Below the pieces are notes generated by a model. That model searched no databases. It saw only the letters and a program-made list of their open reading frames with translations, and was not told the origin of the DNA. From IMG/VR virus record IMGVR_UViG_3300020185_004854, positions 4,544 through 68,543 of that record: a DNA stretch of 64,000 nt; one strand, written 5' to 3'. Source of the stretch: a virus. This document shows, piece after piece, positions 1 through 9,942 of the stretch (position 1 is its first letter; each line of letters starts with the position of its first letter). The position numbers and the translations under genes are program-made.

Positions 1-6
1 TGATAT

Positions 7-195
7 TTATTTAGTTTCATTTTGCAATTCCTCTAATTTTTCATATAAATTATTTATCCCTCTTTCCAATTTCAATATGTATTGAATATTATGAGGTTCT
101 TTAGCTTCAATGTAATCCAATTCTATTTCTAGCTTACGAATTTCTTTTTTAAGTTTTACAATTTGATCTTCGTTGTGATTATCTTGTTGACTCAT
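7..195 (-). CDS. hypothetical coiled-coil protein
   Basis: 62 aa ORF in a tightly packed minus-strand run. Confidence 0.6.
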   Translation of the reverse strand: MSQQDNHNEDQIVKLKKEIRKLEIELDYIEAKEPHNIQYILKLERGINNLYEKLEELQNETK

Positions 196-409
196 CTAAT
201 TGACTCCAATCTACTTCCGAACTTTTTATCTTCCACGCAATATCTCCATTTGTAGGATCAGCATATTCGATATTGAAATCACAATCATCAAGAGTTTCGT
301 ATGGATCATACTCTCTCACTATTTGCTCTGCCTCGTCTCGATTTTCTGCTTCAACATAGAAGCAATTAATTATTTTTATTCCAACGCAATATTCTCTTTT
401 TTTACTCAT
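179..409 (-). CDS. small protein, DpnD/PcfM-like 'VEAExxxEA' family
   Basis: FYVEAENRDEAEQIV motif; paralogs at 1401-1592 and 2595-2822. Confidence 0.6.
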   Translation of the reverse strand: MSKKREYCVGIKIINCFYVEAENRDEAEQIVREYDPYETLDDCDFNIEYADPTNGDIAWKIKSSEVDWSQLDESTR

Positions 410-581
410 TTTCTTTTTTCTTGTGGTAATTCTTGTCTAATAATTCATCTAGTAAATGTATAATTCCCCAACCCATTTCTTCGTCAAGTAGTCCATGAAC
501 GCCTTCACCCTTATCATCATGCCACAAAATTGATAGCAAATGATCCCTTTGTTTTTCTAGTAATTTGTAATCAATGTTCAT
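402..581 (-). CDS. hypothetical protein, 59 aa (not in ORF track)
   Basis: MNIDYKLLEKQRDHLLSILW...KENE* fills the gap exactly and overlaps both neighbours. Confidence 0.65.
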   Translation of the reverse strand: MNIDYKLLEKQRDHLLSILWHDDKGEGVHGLLDEEMGWGIIHLLDELLDKNYHKKKENE

Positions 582-1060
582 TTTTTTGCTATATATTTAT
601 TTAGATAATCGCCCGAAGCTTCCATGTTTTTTAAGTGACCTTCAAAAACAGGGTCATCGTCTCCCATTAATTTTTGTCTATATTCTTCTGCCATATCAGA
701 ACCCCATTCATCAACTGATTCATCAGATAAATCACAAGCAATTTCTATATTAGTGAGATTGTGAATAGCTTCATCTGCATAAACGCTTCCGTCTTTATTA
801 AGACTTGGTTGTTTAAACCATTTGCGACACTTTTTATAAGATGCAATATGCCTATCAATAATTTCAATATCATCCTTAATACAAGCCAAGCGATGTTTGA
901 GTTGAAGATTTTCTAGCATTAATCTCTCTAAGTTATCCTTGTGAATTTTAGCTTCAACTTCTTTTAAATAAGTATAAGCACCTTCTCGTTGCTTTTCCGC
1001 AAGAGTGGCATTTACTGAATCTTCGTAAGTTGGGCAATCGTCTCCTATTGTTTCTTTCAT
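578..1060 (-). CDS. hypothetical protein
   Basis: 160 aa ORF directly behind a sigma70 promoter. Confidence 0.7.
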   Translation of the reverse strand: MKETIGDDCPTYEDSVNATLAEKQREGAYTYLKEVEAKIHKDNLERLMLENLQLKHRLACIKDDIEIIDRHIASYKKCRKWFKQPSLNKDGSVYADEAIHNLTNIEIACDLSDESVDEWGSDMAEEYRQKLMGDDDPVFEGHLKNMEASGDYLNKYIAKK

Positions 1061-1066
1061 TCTTTT

Positions 1067-1095
1067 ACTTTATATTGATTGTTTCGAGTTGTCAA
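1067..1095 (-). promoter_or_regulatory. sigma70 promoter TTGACA-17-TAAAGT, leaderless
   Basis: -35 at 1095-1090, -10 at 1072-1067, ATG at 1060. Confidence 0.75.
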
Positions 1096-1101
1096 ATGTT
1101 T

Positions 1102-1398
1102 TTATTCTAAATCTTTTAATATATCATCTAATCGCTCTAGTGTTATTACTTCACTTTTGTCCATATCTTTACAAAATTCAGAAAATTTAATTTTATTTAA
1201 ATCTAATATTTTATCTCCATCAATGATATGTTTATTTACATCGTGTATCATTAACTCTAAAGTGTCAAGCAAATCTGTTGGACTTTCTCCAATTATTTCG
1301 GGCTTTTCACTATGGGCGCATATTTCACCATCGTCATTGTACATGACTTCATAAAGACCATAAGTTTTTTTGTCTTTAATTATTCTATAATTCCACAT
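1102..1398 (-). CDS. conserved phage hypothetical protein
   Basis: WNYRIIK...YGLYEVMYNDDG motif, recalled from small phage proteins. Confidence 0.7.
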   Translation of the reverse strand: MWNYRIIKDKKTYGLYEVMYNDDGEICAHSEKPEIIGESPTDLLDTLELMIHDVNKHIIDGDKILDLNKIKFSEFCKDMDKSEVITLERLDDILKDLE

Positions 1399-1400
1399 AT

Positions 1401-1592
1401 TTACATTTCGTAAGTCTGTTCCAATTCAGCATTTTGATAATCTTCTGCGAGCATTTCACATTGATCTCCATATATCTCAATACCCCCATGCTCTACCAAT
1501 ATTTCGCGAGCTTCTTTTTCTGATTCAGCTTGGATTTCGTAGATATATGCAGTAGGCACAGAGAATACAAAATATTTATCCTTCTGCGCCAT
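1401..1592 (-). CDS. small protein, DpnD/PcfM-like family paralog
   Basis: YEIQAESEKEAREI. Confidence 0.6.
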   Translation of the reverse strand: MAQKDKYFVFSVPTAYIYEIQAESEKEAREILVEHGGIEIYGDQCEMLAEDYQNAELEQTYEM

Positions 1593-1887
1593 ATTTTTCT
1601 TTCACCTCTTCATGTTTAATATATTCCTTCATTACATTTTCTATCCATTGATTAAAACTCACCCCCTGTTCGTGAGCGTGTTGCATATATTTAAATAGTT
1701 CATCTTTATCAAAGTCAAGCTCAATCGTTTCATATTTTACTTTTTGAATAATAAATCCACCATCTTTCTCGATAAATTTAACATCATCACCTTCTTCCCA
1801 ACCTAATCTGTCAAGAAGATCATTAGGTAAGCGAAAGTACAATTCACCATCCACGCTTTCTTTAACTTCTAATTCTGAAACTTTCAT
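1576..1887 (-). CDS. AbrB/MazE-like DNA-binding domain fused to an RHH-like C-terminus
   Basis: GELYFRLPNDLLDRLGWEEGDDVKF (AbrB signature) plus AHEQGVSFNQWIENVM (RHH-like). Confidence 0.7.
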   Translation of the reverse strand: MKVSELEVKESVDGELYFRLPNDLLDRLGWEEGDDVKFIEKDGGFIIQKVKYETIELDFDKDELFKYMQHAHEQGVSFNQWIENVMKEYIKHEEVKEKYGAEG

Positions 1888-1912
1888 TTTTTCTTACTTT
1901 AATAATTGTACT

Positions 1913-2296
1913 CTAGTTTAATTTTTGGTTGTTGTCAATAATTTTTTGAACAGGTAAATTGGGGTCTTTATTGTACCTTCTTTGCTTCTTTAAGATTCTT
2001 GAATCTTTACGAATACTCCTATCGAGTTTACTAATTAATTCATCAATAGATTTATATACGCTATCTGATTCAGCATGAAAGACACTAACTAGACCTTTGA
2101 TTTTCATGTGACCTGTTACTGCGAATTCGTATTGATTCGTAGATGAGTTAAGATTTTTTTGTAATTCAAATCGAAGACTTGAGATGAGCCTTTGATGTTT
2201 TAATAACTTTTCGCATTTGTGTTGAATGACATTTTTTACATTATCACTAATTTTAAATCGAATACCCGATATAATAATATTATTTAGCGCTAACAT
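1913..2296 (-). CDS. hpf: ribosome hibernation promoting factor (HPF/RaiA, short form)
   Basis: IIISGIRFKISD..KCEKL..AESDSVYKSIDELISKLDRSIRK fits the S30AE/RaiA pattern. Confidence 0.8.
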   Translation of the reverse strand: MLALNNIIISGIRFKISDNVKNVIQHKCEKLLKHQRLISSLRFELQKNLNSSTNQYEFAVTGHMKIKGLVSVFHAESDSVYKSIDELISKLDRSIRKDSRILKKQRRYNKDPNLPVQKIIDNNQKLN

Positions 2297-2297
2297 A

Positions 2298-2585
2298 TTA
2301 TGTTAATTTCACTCCTTGTTCATTTATTTCACCCCTAATAAACGCGCCAAAATCATCATTGTTTAAATGTGATGTGTCGGGTGGAACAACACCAAACTCT
2401 CCATCCACTCCAAGTTCTTTGAGTCTATCGTTGAGTAGATTATTTAATTCGTAATTTAATTTATATAATTTATCTACAATTTTTTGAGCGGGTGCATATT
2501 CTGCTAACTCACTAATGCGAGTATTTAATCCACTCTCAACTTCAAATAAACTATTTAGCACTCTAATTTCTTCTGTTTTGTTCAT
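2298..2585 (-). CDS. hypothetical protein
   Basis: 95 aa ORF; TTGACA(2620-2615)-17-TAAGAT(2597-2592) promoter directly upstream. Confidence 0.65.
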   Translation of the reverse strand: MNKTEEIRVLNSLFEVESGLNTRISELAEYAPAQKIVDKLYKLNYELNNLLNDRLKELGVDGEFGVVPPDTSHLNNDDFGAFIRGEINEQGVKLT

Positions 2586-2594
2586 GTCTTTATC

Positions 2595-2822
2595 TTATAA
2601 GTCTTGGTTTAAATTGTCAAGCTCAGAATCTTCTTGTGGTAATTCTTCTACTTCTTCGATATAACTAAGATCGGAATTTTGTTTCCAAGCAGAGGGAATT
2701 TCCCAATCAGCTTCCATTTCTGAAAAAGCGATATCTTCTGCTTTCTCTGCTGATTCAGCAGTAACAAAATAAGTGCGACAAGTCGATCCTACTATTTCCA
2801 CTTCGTATTTTTTCTTATTCAT
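2595..2822 (-). CDS. small protein, DpnD/PcfM-like family paralog
   Basis: KKYEVEI...YFVTAESAEKAEDIA. Confidence 0.65.
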   Translation of the reverse strand: MNKKKYEVEIVGSTCRTYFVTAESAEKAEDIAFSEMEADWEIPSAWKQNSDLSYIEEVEELPQEDSELDNLNQDL

Positions 2823-2827
2823 TATTT

Positions 2828-3109
2828 TTACTCTCCATTATTTTTACTCTCCATTATTTTTTTAGCATCCATTAAAGCATGACAGAACTCTTCAATCTTG
2901 TCAACAGGAATCTGAAAAAACTTATTATGACTCATTCCGTGACTTGTTATTGCTTTGCAAGTAACATGAGTGTTGAAGTCCCATGCCTTTACTTCAAGCC
3001 CACTTAAACCACTACAATCTTTTGAGCTAGACCAAGAGGTTTGCTTTGTCATTTCTTCCTTAGTTCTACCTTTAGACCAAGCTATTTCTTTTGTTATTTC
3101 TTTATTCAT
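2828..3109 (-). CDS. hypothetical protein
   Basis: 93 aa ORF in operon. Confidence 0.6.
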   Translation of the reverse strand: MNKEITKEIAWSKGRTKEEMTKQTSWSSSKDCSGLSGLEVKAWDFNTHVTCKAITSHGMSHNKFFQIPVDKIEEFCHALMDAKKIMESKNNGE

Positions 3110-3269
3110 GGTTTACATCTTTCCATACTTTATCATCTTTGTCAAGGTTAGAACTTAAAATCATTACTTTTTTATAAACAGGGTAAAGAAATGCGAAATA
3201 ATCGCAGTAAAGAAAAAAACTAATTAAATGACCAAGATAATACAGAACTCGACTTGAAAATGTACTCAT
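3102..3269 (-). CDS. hypothetical protein, 55 aa (not in ORF track)
   Basis: MSTFSSRVLYYLGHLIS...VNHE* fills the gap with overlaps at both ends. Confidence 0.55.
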   Translation of the reverse strand: MSTFSSRVLYYLGHLISFFLYCDYFAFLYPVYKKVMILSSNLDKDDKVWKDVNHE

Positions 3270-3718
3270 TCGTTCCTATGCGCATTTTCATCTTTATTAT
3301 CAATAAAAATGTAATAAGCTCTTCGTTTCGGATGAGGTTCAATGTTTGCCCCTCCAAATTTTGTATAAGTTAGTCTTACGACTTTATTTGGATATTTTTC
3401 TTTCATATTTTTTTTCATCCACGCTATCCAAGATTCAAATTTATATAAAATATCAAAACCAATACCGAAACCATTTAATCCGTGATTTAAATTAGCTTTA
3501 TCTTGCATAATTTGAACCTTGTAATATGGATGTTTTGGATGTCGAAACCTAAAATACTTTCCACCCGACATATCTGATTTTGTATCCTTGGGAAACCTAA
3601 AGCCCAAATCTTCTAAATAGTACCTGCAATTTTCAGTAGGATATAATTGATACAACGAACCGCAAACCCCGAAGCAAGAACTGCTTAAAATAAAAAATAA
3701 TAATATTAATTTAGTCAT
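3266..3718 (-). CDS. putative exported protein
   Basis: signal-like N-terminus MTKLILLFFILSSSCFG. Confidence 0.55.
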   Translation of the reverse strand: MTKLILLFFILSSSCFGVCGSLYQLYPTENCRYYLEDLGFRFPKDTKSDMSGGKYFRFRHPKHPYYKVQIMQDKANLNHGLNGFGIGFDILYKFESWIAWMKKNMKEKYPNKVVRLTYTKFGGANIEPHPKRRAYYIFIDNKDENAHRNE

Positions 3719-3748
3719 TGTTTTTAAATTATATTTTTATGAAAATTA

Positions 3749-4084
3749 CTAATCTTCATACATAAATATTGGAGTATATTCCCCGACATAAGCCCCTCCA
3801 ATATTAAAATGAAAAAAATCTAAAGCTTCATCGTGTGTCATGTCACTTTCTCCAACTAAACCTTCTATAATCATATTAATGGAGTAGATGACTTTACCAT
3901 CAGTAGTATAACCCATGATGGCGTGATCGTGACCATCAGCAAATAACGCATTAGGATTATACTCGGCAATGCCTTCTTTTAATTGTTCAAGACGATCATG
4001 GCGATCTTTTTTAATTTTTTGTATAATATCCATTTTTTCTTCCTTGTTTTTGTTACAAACACAATTATTATCTTTGCAAGCCAC
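3749..4084 (-). CDS. conserved phage hypothetical protein
   Basis: ADGHDHAIMG...EALDFFHFNIGGAYVGEYTPIF motif; start uncertain. Confidence 0.7.
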   Translation of the reverse strand: MACKDNNCVCNKNKEEKMDIIQKIKKDRHDRLEQLKEGIAEYNPNALFADGHDHAIMGYTTDGKVIYSINMIIEGLVGESDMTHDEALDFFHFNIGGAYVGEYTPIFMYED

Positions 4085-4088
4085 AATG

Positions 4089-6587
4089 TCAAGAAAAATT
4101 TTCTAATAACCAATTTAAATAGCTTTTTAATTCATAGAAAAATCTGTCAGAATTATCTTGATCAAACCAAAAAGTGAGATTTTCAATTAAATCCCCTGTT
4201 TTGTTGGAGACTAACTCTAATTCTTCGATTGAAAAATTACCACTATTAATAATATCTTCAAGGATAAGTTTATTAGCGCTAACAAGAGCTTCGATTGCTT
4301 CTTCATTCATTTCCCGTTATACTCCGCATTGGACAAAACAACATCTTCAATTAATTTCATAGCTTCATTTTGCATGAAAGGTTTTAGTTTGTCAAGCAAT
4401 TTATTCGCAACCATTTCTTGCGCTGATTCAGATTGTAGATTTATTTGGCAAGTTCCTGTGTTGCCACAAGCAATCTCGCTTAATGTTTTTAATATTACTT
4501 TTTTTAATTCTTCTTGCATTTATTTTATTAGTTGATTATTAATACTATATTTGTTTCCACCCTATTTTCTTTCTGCACTCTACATTTGATTTGTACATCT
4601 CTTTCTGTCTCTTTAATTCAAGGTCATTATCTTGCATTCTTGCTATAGCTTTGTTTTCAGTCATTCTTCCATCAAGCACCTCTCTAACGCAAATTTGCAC
4701 TATACTTGCAGTAACTCTGTAGGGATAATTTCTGCAAATGAACTTATAAAACTTGCCACTTATTTTGCCATACTTTAATTTTTTGTGCAAAAATCTTCTG
4801 TAATTGCAATTTTTGGTATTATGTAGTGTTTTCATTTATTATTTCATTCATCGTTACCCTCAAAAAGATCAACCATTACATCTGTTGCAAATTCCTCTAC
4901 TGAATGCCCTTGAGGCATAAGAGACTGAATGTAAGTTATAACTTTTTTACCCACTTCGTCATGAACAGGAGAAAAAGCATAAGTGGTCATATCTTTGTTG
5001 CTACCATAGCCAAACTCAATAACAATGTGACAATCATCTAAAACATCTTTGTTCGTAATTGGACAAGTTTGATTTAATTGATCGTCATAAAACGGGTTTA
5101 ATTTTTTACTCATTTTTGCTCCCCCAAAATCCACAAACACATGGTTTATTGTCTTTTTGATTTGCTCCTTCTCGAAAGCCTTTTTCGTATGATTGGTTTG
5201 CGTTTTTACTTAATATTTTTTCAAACTTTTTAGCGAGATGTTCTTGAGCATCCGCCCAACCTTTATCAAAACCTTTCTGATAACTAATGTCTTCTATCAT
5301 CTGCTCTATCATAATATTATTTATCTATTTAAAGCGCGAATAATTGATTGTACCCCTTCGGATTTTTTTGTATGCAACTGCTCCCCATTAACAAAGGTTA
5401 TTTTCCACCATCTTTCGTTTGGTCGTAAAGGGTCAAACCTCTCTTTTACATAAACTACATTTTTCGGGTTTATATAATATCGCTCTTGATTAGCGTCTTC
5501 AATTTGAATCATAATATTATTTATTTTAAATGACCTTGTCTGTTTTCATCTCTTTCTTCTTGAGTGAACCATTTATATTCTGTATTAATTAATTCGTCTA
5601 CATTGCTTGGGTGATACCCCATGCTGACAAGTAAACCTTTAAACATATCCGCAACACTTTCTGCATCTATATCGTCATCATTTTCAACACTATAAGTTTT
5701 ATTATAATTAGTTATTGTTATTTTCATTATTTAATTCCAATTAAAATCCGCTGAGATGGCAAAAGCTAATCTATCTCGCCAAGGGTTTCCGTATTTATCT
5801 TTTTGACTAGGGTCAGTAATTCTCACAATAATGTTGTACCCCGAAACATCATCTAATTGCTCGCCATCAGTAGACCACTCTCCATCTATATCTAGAGTGC
5901 TACTATCTGTAACCCAACAATCTTCTTGGTAATCAAGGAAGCGAACAGGCACAGATAAATCTTCTGCAATTAAATCTCCCCTAATGGTTAAATGACTATT
6001 TTTTGCACTCATTTTGCGTATTCACATTGGTTTTTATGTTCCATTAATTGTTTAATTTTATCTTTAGCATTATACCAAAGTTCTTTAGAATCGTTTTGTA
6101 ATTTTTGCATACCATAATCATAGTATATCTCGCAGATCATGTCAATGTTTTTATCATTAGGTTTAACAATAAAATGATTCCATTTTTTTTCTCCATCAAT
6201 TGTTTCTTGCTCTATCCATTCAGCAGGAAAACCATCGGGGAAATACATTAGATTGTTATCTTCAGCAAATTTTCTAGCAAGAGAAACGAAACTCCCCTCT
6301 GTTTTATGGCATTCGTAATAGTTTGAATCTTTACCCCAAGATTCGTAAGTGCTAATGTAAAATTCAAAAGTATCTTTTATGGCAACATATTCTTGTCTCC
6401 ACTTTGGTTGCTCTTCATCTCCATGCTCTACAAGTTCAACACTATGCTCTTTGCCGTACCATTTCATATGAGACATAACCTTTTTGCTAGAATAAACTAA
6501 ACCTTTAAACTCTTCTAGGAGTTGTTTGTTAGACTTGGTAGTCTGTGTCGTTCTTTTGAAACTTGTTGTGTGCCCTTCTCCGCTCAT
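4089..6587 (-). other. run of nine small hypothetical CDS (4089-4310, 4307-4519, 4545-4835, 4844-5140, 5106-5312, 5321-5512, 5521-5727, 5731-6012, 6009-6587)
   Basis: contiguous co-oriented ORFs with short AT-only spacers; sigma70 promoter TTGACA(6655-6650)-17-TATAGT upstream. Confidence 0.65.
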
Positions 6588-6699
6588 AATTTTTAAAATA
6601 TAATGTATAACATAAAACTAAAAGTAACTATATTAATGAATATAGAATATGTCAATAGAAAAATGTCTTTTTTGCTCCAATCACCCATTCCACTTATTT

Positions 6700-7002
6700 T
6701 CACGAACCTAGATCAGATTCTTTTACAAAAACCCCATCAATCATTTTACCCTTACGATCTTTTATATCCTCATAAGCAACTTCAAGACATTCTTCAAGAG
6801 AAGTTCGATTTCTTTCACAAATGTTAATCATTACCACTAACATATCTCCAATATCATCGAGAATAGGTTTTTCTTTACATATAGAATCTGAAAGCTCTCC
6901 AAGTTCTTGTAGCAACTTTAAGGTCTGAGTTTTGTCATCTGACCCATTGATAAGATTGCGATCTTTGTGCCATTGTATTATTTTATTTATCATTTGTTTC
7001 AT
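6700..7002 (-). CDS. mazG: MazG-like NTP pyrophosphohydrolase
   Basis: KLLQELGELSDSI...DDIGDMLVV...IKDRKGKMIDGVFVKE. Confidence 0.85.
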   Translation of the reverse strand: MKQMINKIIQWHKDRNLINGSDDKTQTLKLLQELGELSDSICKEKPILDDIGDMLVVMINICERNRTSLEECLEVAYEDIKDRKGKMIDGVFVKESDLGS

Positions 7003-7148
7003 TTTAAAATTAGTAACTGCTTAATAATAAAAATGTTATAAAGAGAATAATGAATAACTCAAAGATAATATAATTATTATAAGAAATAAGATTAACAAGT
7101 CTTTTAAGCACATCAAGAAATTTGGATTGTTTTTTAATACAATTTATA

Positions 7149-7541
7149 TTAACTTCCAAATACAACTTTTCTACCTCCGTAATCTTTATTATAACTAAAT
7201 AAATATTGCTCTCTATCTGTGTCAATCTGATGATGAGGATTATCTTTAGTTGGTGGATCAACTGCATAGCAAGCAACATCCCAAGACCATGAGTTAGGAT
7301 GAGTGAATTCGTACTCCCCCGAACCATCTTGTTTAAGGACACACCAATCATCCCCACAATAGATATTGTAATCTACATAAGTGTCATCTTCTAATTTATA
7401 GCTATTCCAATAATCAAAATTATCCCCTTCAGTTTTAACTTCGGGATTAAATTCTACTTTTTTAATATGCTCTAATGCTAAATCAACTATCGCTAACGAA
7501 GCTCTCTTGGGAGCTTTCCACTCTTCAAGTGTTTTAATCAT
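7149..7541 (-). CDS. hypothetical protein
   Basis: 130 aa ORF coupled to the upstream gene. Confidence 0.6.
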   Translation of the reverse strand: MIKTLEEWKAPKRASLAIVDLALEHIKKVEFNPEVKTEGDNFDYWNSYKLEDDTYVDYNIYCGDDWCVLKQDGSGEYEFTHPNSWSWDVACYAVDPPTKDNPHHQIDTDREQYLFSYNKDYGGRKVVFGS

Positions 7542-7753
7542 GATATTTCTTTTTCTTTAATTAATTGCTCAAATATATCCCACATTTTTTGGTAGCGAGT
7601 ATCGTGTAGTTGTTTCATTCCGATCAACATATTTAATAGTTGGTCTTCTGTATGCTTGATTGGGGAATCTCCAATCGCATATATTATTGTTTCTATGTCT
7701 TCGCCTATTTGGTGAAGGTTGCTCATTGAGTCTTCTAATTCAAATCTATTCAT
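7538..7753 (-). CDS. conserved phage hypothetical protein
   Basis: NRFELE...LLNMLIGMKQL motif; promoter TTGACA(7789-7784) upstream. Confidence 0.65.
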   Translation of the reverse strand: MNRFELEDSMSNLHQIGEDIETIIYAIGDSPIKHTEDQLLNMLIGMKQLHDTRYQKMWDIFEQLIKEKEIS

Positions 7754-7793
7754 GGTATTTAACTATATGATTTTTTGATTACTTGTCAAGGAT

Positions 7794-9458
7794 TTAATTA
7801 CTTGCGCAGAAAGACTTATTGTTAACTTTTGTTGCGACTTCGTTATTGGGGAGTGTAATTTTAACCCTAAACAACCTTCCTCCGTCAAAAGCTCTTAAGA
7901 GTTCTTGGTGGGTAATATTTGCATAGTCTAGGATTTTTTTTGTTAAACTATGACCTGAGTCTTCTAAGGCTCTTTTTAGATTTTGTTCACTTTCGGGATT
8001 TTTGCTTTCAACTCTTGGGTCATGAAAACGAGTTAAGCGATTACCCCCGCCTTTTTCACCCTCTTCAAGAAGAATTTTCTGTATGTCGTTTCCCCTAGCT
8101 TGTACATCTTGATAACGCTCAAAAGAAAAAGTAGGAGTTGTTGAAATTCGTAGGGAATTAATATATTTATCTTGAAAATAACATCTAATATCTGAATCTG
8201 ACTCAATATTATTCGGGGCAATTGCATAATACAAATCAGTTTTAGTATTTTTTCTATGAGAGGTAGCGTTAAAATGAGTAGCTATCTGAATATCCCTTAT
8301 CAAGTCCCCAATAAACGGAAAATTTTCTATAGACACATCATTTAAATAAGCAGAATCTTTGTCAAAATTCGCTAAAAACTCAACAACACTTTGATCAACA
8401 TAAATATTACAAGGTATTGGGAAGGGGTTTTTAATGTCTCTATACCCCATAAACCTTCCAAGTAAAGACTGAGCGATTGCTGACATAACTTTTCTATCTT
8501 CAATACAAAAGGCTATTCTTTTTTTCACAGAAGGATTAATTTTAATTCCCATTGCTAGACCTTGACAGGCTACTATCACCACAGGTTTTGAATATGATCT
8601 ACGAATAGCGTGATCATAGGATTCTTTGATTTTACTACCTTCAATAGAGTTTACCGCATAAGCTTCTATTTTTCCTTGATAGACATTATTTATCTTGTCA
8701 ACTATTTGCTGACCATCATTAGCAGACTTAGAAACTCTTATTAAGCCTATTGGAGGGTCTTTCACGAATTCCTCTTTAAGAGTTCGATCTAAATCTTTAG
8801 AAATTAAGCGGTCTAGCTCCTCGCGTAACGATGGGTGGAGATTGCCATTTTGCAGTTTGTTTATCTCGTCCACAGGCTCTTTAAAAATTATGTTTTTATG
8901 ATCTAAAAATTGTTGCGCGCCATAATACCCCTCCCCAACCTCTAAATCTAAAGCGCTAACTCTACCAAAAGTTTCTTCGTTTAAGTTGCCATGATTATGG
9001 AGGTGCATAAGTTGCCAATTAGTCGCTCCTTGGAAAATATAAAATGGTCTTCCCCATTTTTGTTTCTTGTAAAATTTATTTATTAATATAATAGCTTTGT
9101 TGAATTTAGAATCGACTTTATGCCCGACATGAGCTTCATCAAAAACAAAAAATGGCGCGTAATCTGTAAATTCTCCGTTTTCCAAACGATTAACTAAATT
9201 AGATAATTTTTCGCATCCAACTTGTGGGTTTTTTTCTATAATCGCTCGTTCATTTTCATCATACAAGTGATTATCGCTGACAACAGGAATAAAAAGCCCC
9301 GATCCCTCGTGCGCCATATGCTCTTGTAGGCATGGAGCAACGTCCGTTTTACCACTCTGACATGGTGCATTGAGTATAAGCGTGTGATACCCATCGTGAT
9401 ATCTGTTTAAAATTTTATTTACATTATTTTTTGTATTTTGAAAATATCTACTCATCAT
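7794..9458 (-). CDS. SF2 DEAH helicase-like ATPase
   Basis: Walker A APCQSGKT, Walker B FDEAH, motif III GATN, motif VI-like QSLLGRFMGY. Confidence 0.75.
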   Translation of the reverse strand: MMSRYFQNTKNNVNKILNRYHDGYHTLILNAPCQSGKTDVAPCLQEHMAHEGSGLFIPVVSDNHLYDENERAIIEKNPQVGCEKLSNLVNRLENGEFTDYAPFFVFDEAHVGHKVDSKFNKAIILINKFYKKQKWGRPFYIFQGATNWQLMHLHNHGNLNEETFGRVSALDLEVGEGYYGAQQFLDHKNIIFKEPVDEINKLQNGNLHPSLREELDRLISKDLDRTLKEEFVKDPPIGLIRVSKSANDGQQIVDKINNVYQGKIEAYAVNSIEGSKIKESYDHAIRRSYSKPVVIVACQGLAMGIKINPSVKKRIAFCIEDRKVMSAIAQSLLGRFMGYRDIKNPFPIPCNIYVDQSVVEFLANFDKDSAYLNDVSIENFPFIGDLIRDIQIATHFNATSHRKNTKTDLYYAIAPNNIESDSDIRCYFQDKYINSLRISTTPTFSFERYQDVQARGNDIQKILLEEGEKGGGNRLTRFHDPRVESKNPESEQNLKRALEDSGHSLTKKILDYANITHQELLRAFDGGRLFRVKITLPNNEVATKVNNKSFCASN

Positions 9459-9942
9459 ATTTAACTATATAGGTTTTAAACGATCTGTCAACTAAAATTT
9501 CTTGAATCATTGAATTAATAATTGTTTGACTTCCACCTGCAAGACCGCAAGAGATGCCGTAGGGGATGCCTAAAATCTTATTCTCGTCATCATGCTTACT
9601 TTGCCATTCAATGTGATCTGCGACATTTTCTAGCGCAACATAGAATGCTTCATAGTTAACTGCTCGTTCGCCTCCAATTTTATCTTGCGTATACATATTA
9701 TATACCCCTTTAGTTTGAGTAGCATCAGCCCATGCAAAACTAAAGTTGCCTAAAATATTTTTACCTTTCATCATTGCATGGCAATCAGCACTATAAGCTT
9801 GAGGATAAGTATGTTTAATTTGATGAGCAATACCCGCCCCCATTACATTATGCGTGTTGCAAGAATGAGCGATAAAGTCAAACCCATGAAAGTGCATCTT
9901 GAGCAAATTGCCATCTATAATTTTCAAATTACTTTTTGACAT
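9448..9942 (-). CDS. macrodomain (Appr-1-p processing, T4 Tk.4-like) protein
   Basis: GNLL..AHSCN..MGAGIAHQIK..GISCGLAGG. Confidence 0.85.
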   Translation of the reverse strand: MSKSNLKIIDGNLLKMHFHGFDFIAHSCNTHNVMGAGIAHQIKHTYPQAYSADCHAMMKGKNILGNFSFAWADATQTKGVYNMYTQDKIGGERAVNYEAFYVALENVADHIEWQSKHDDENKILGIPYGISCGLAGGSQTIINSMIQEILVDRSFKTYIVKYDE

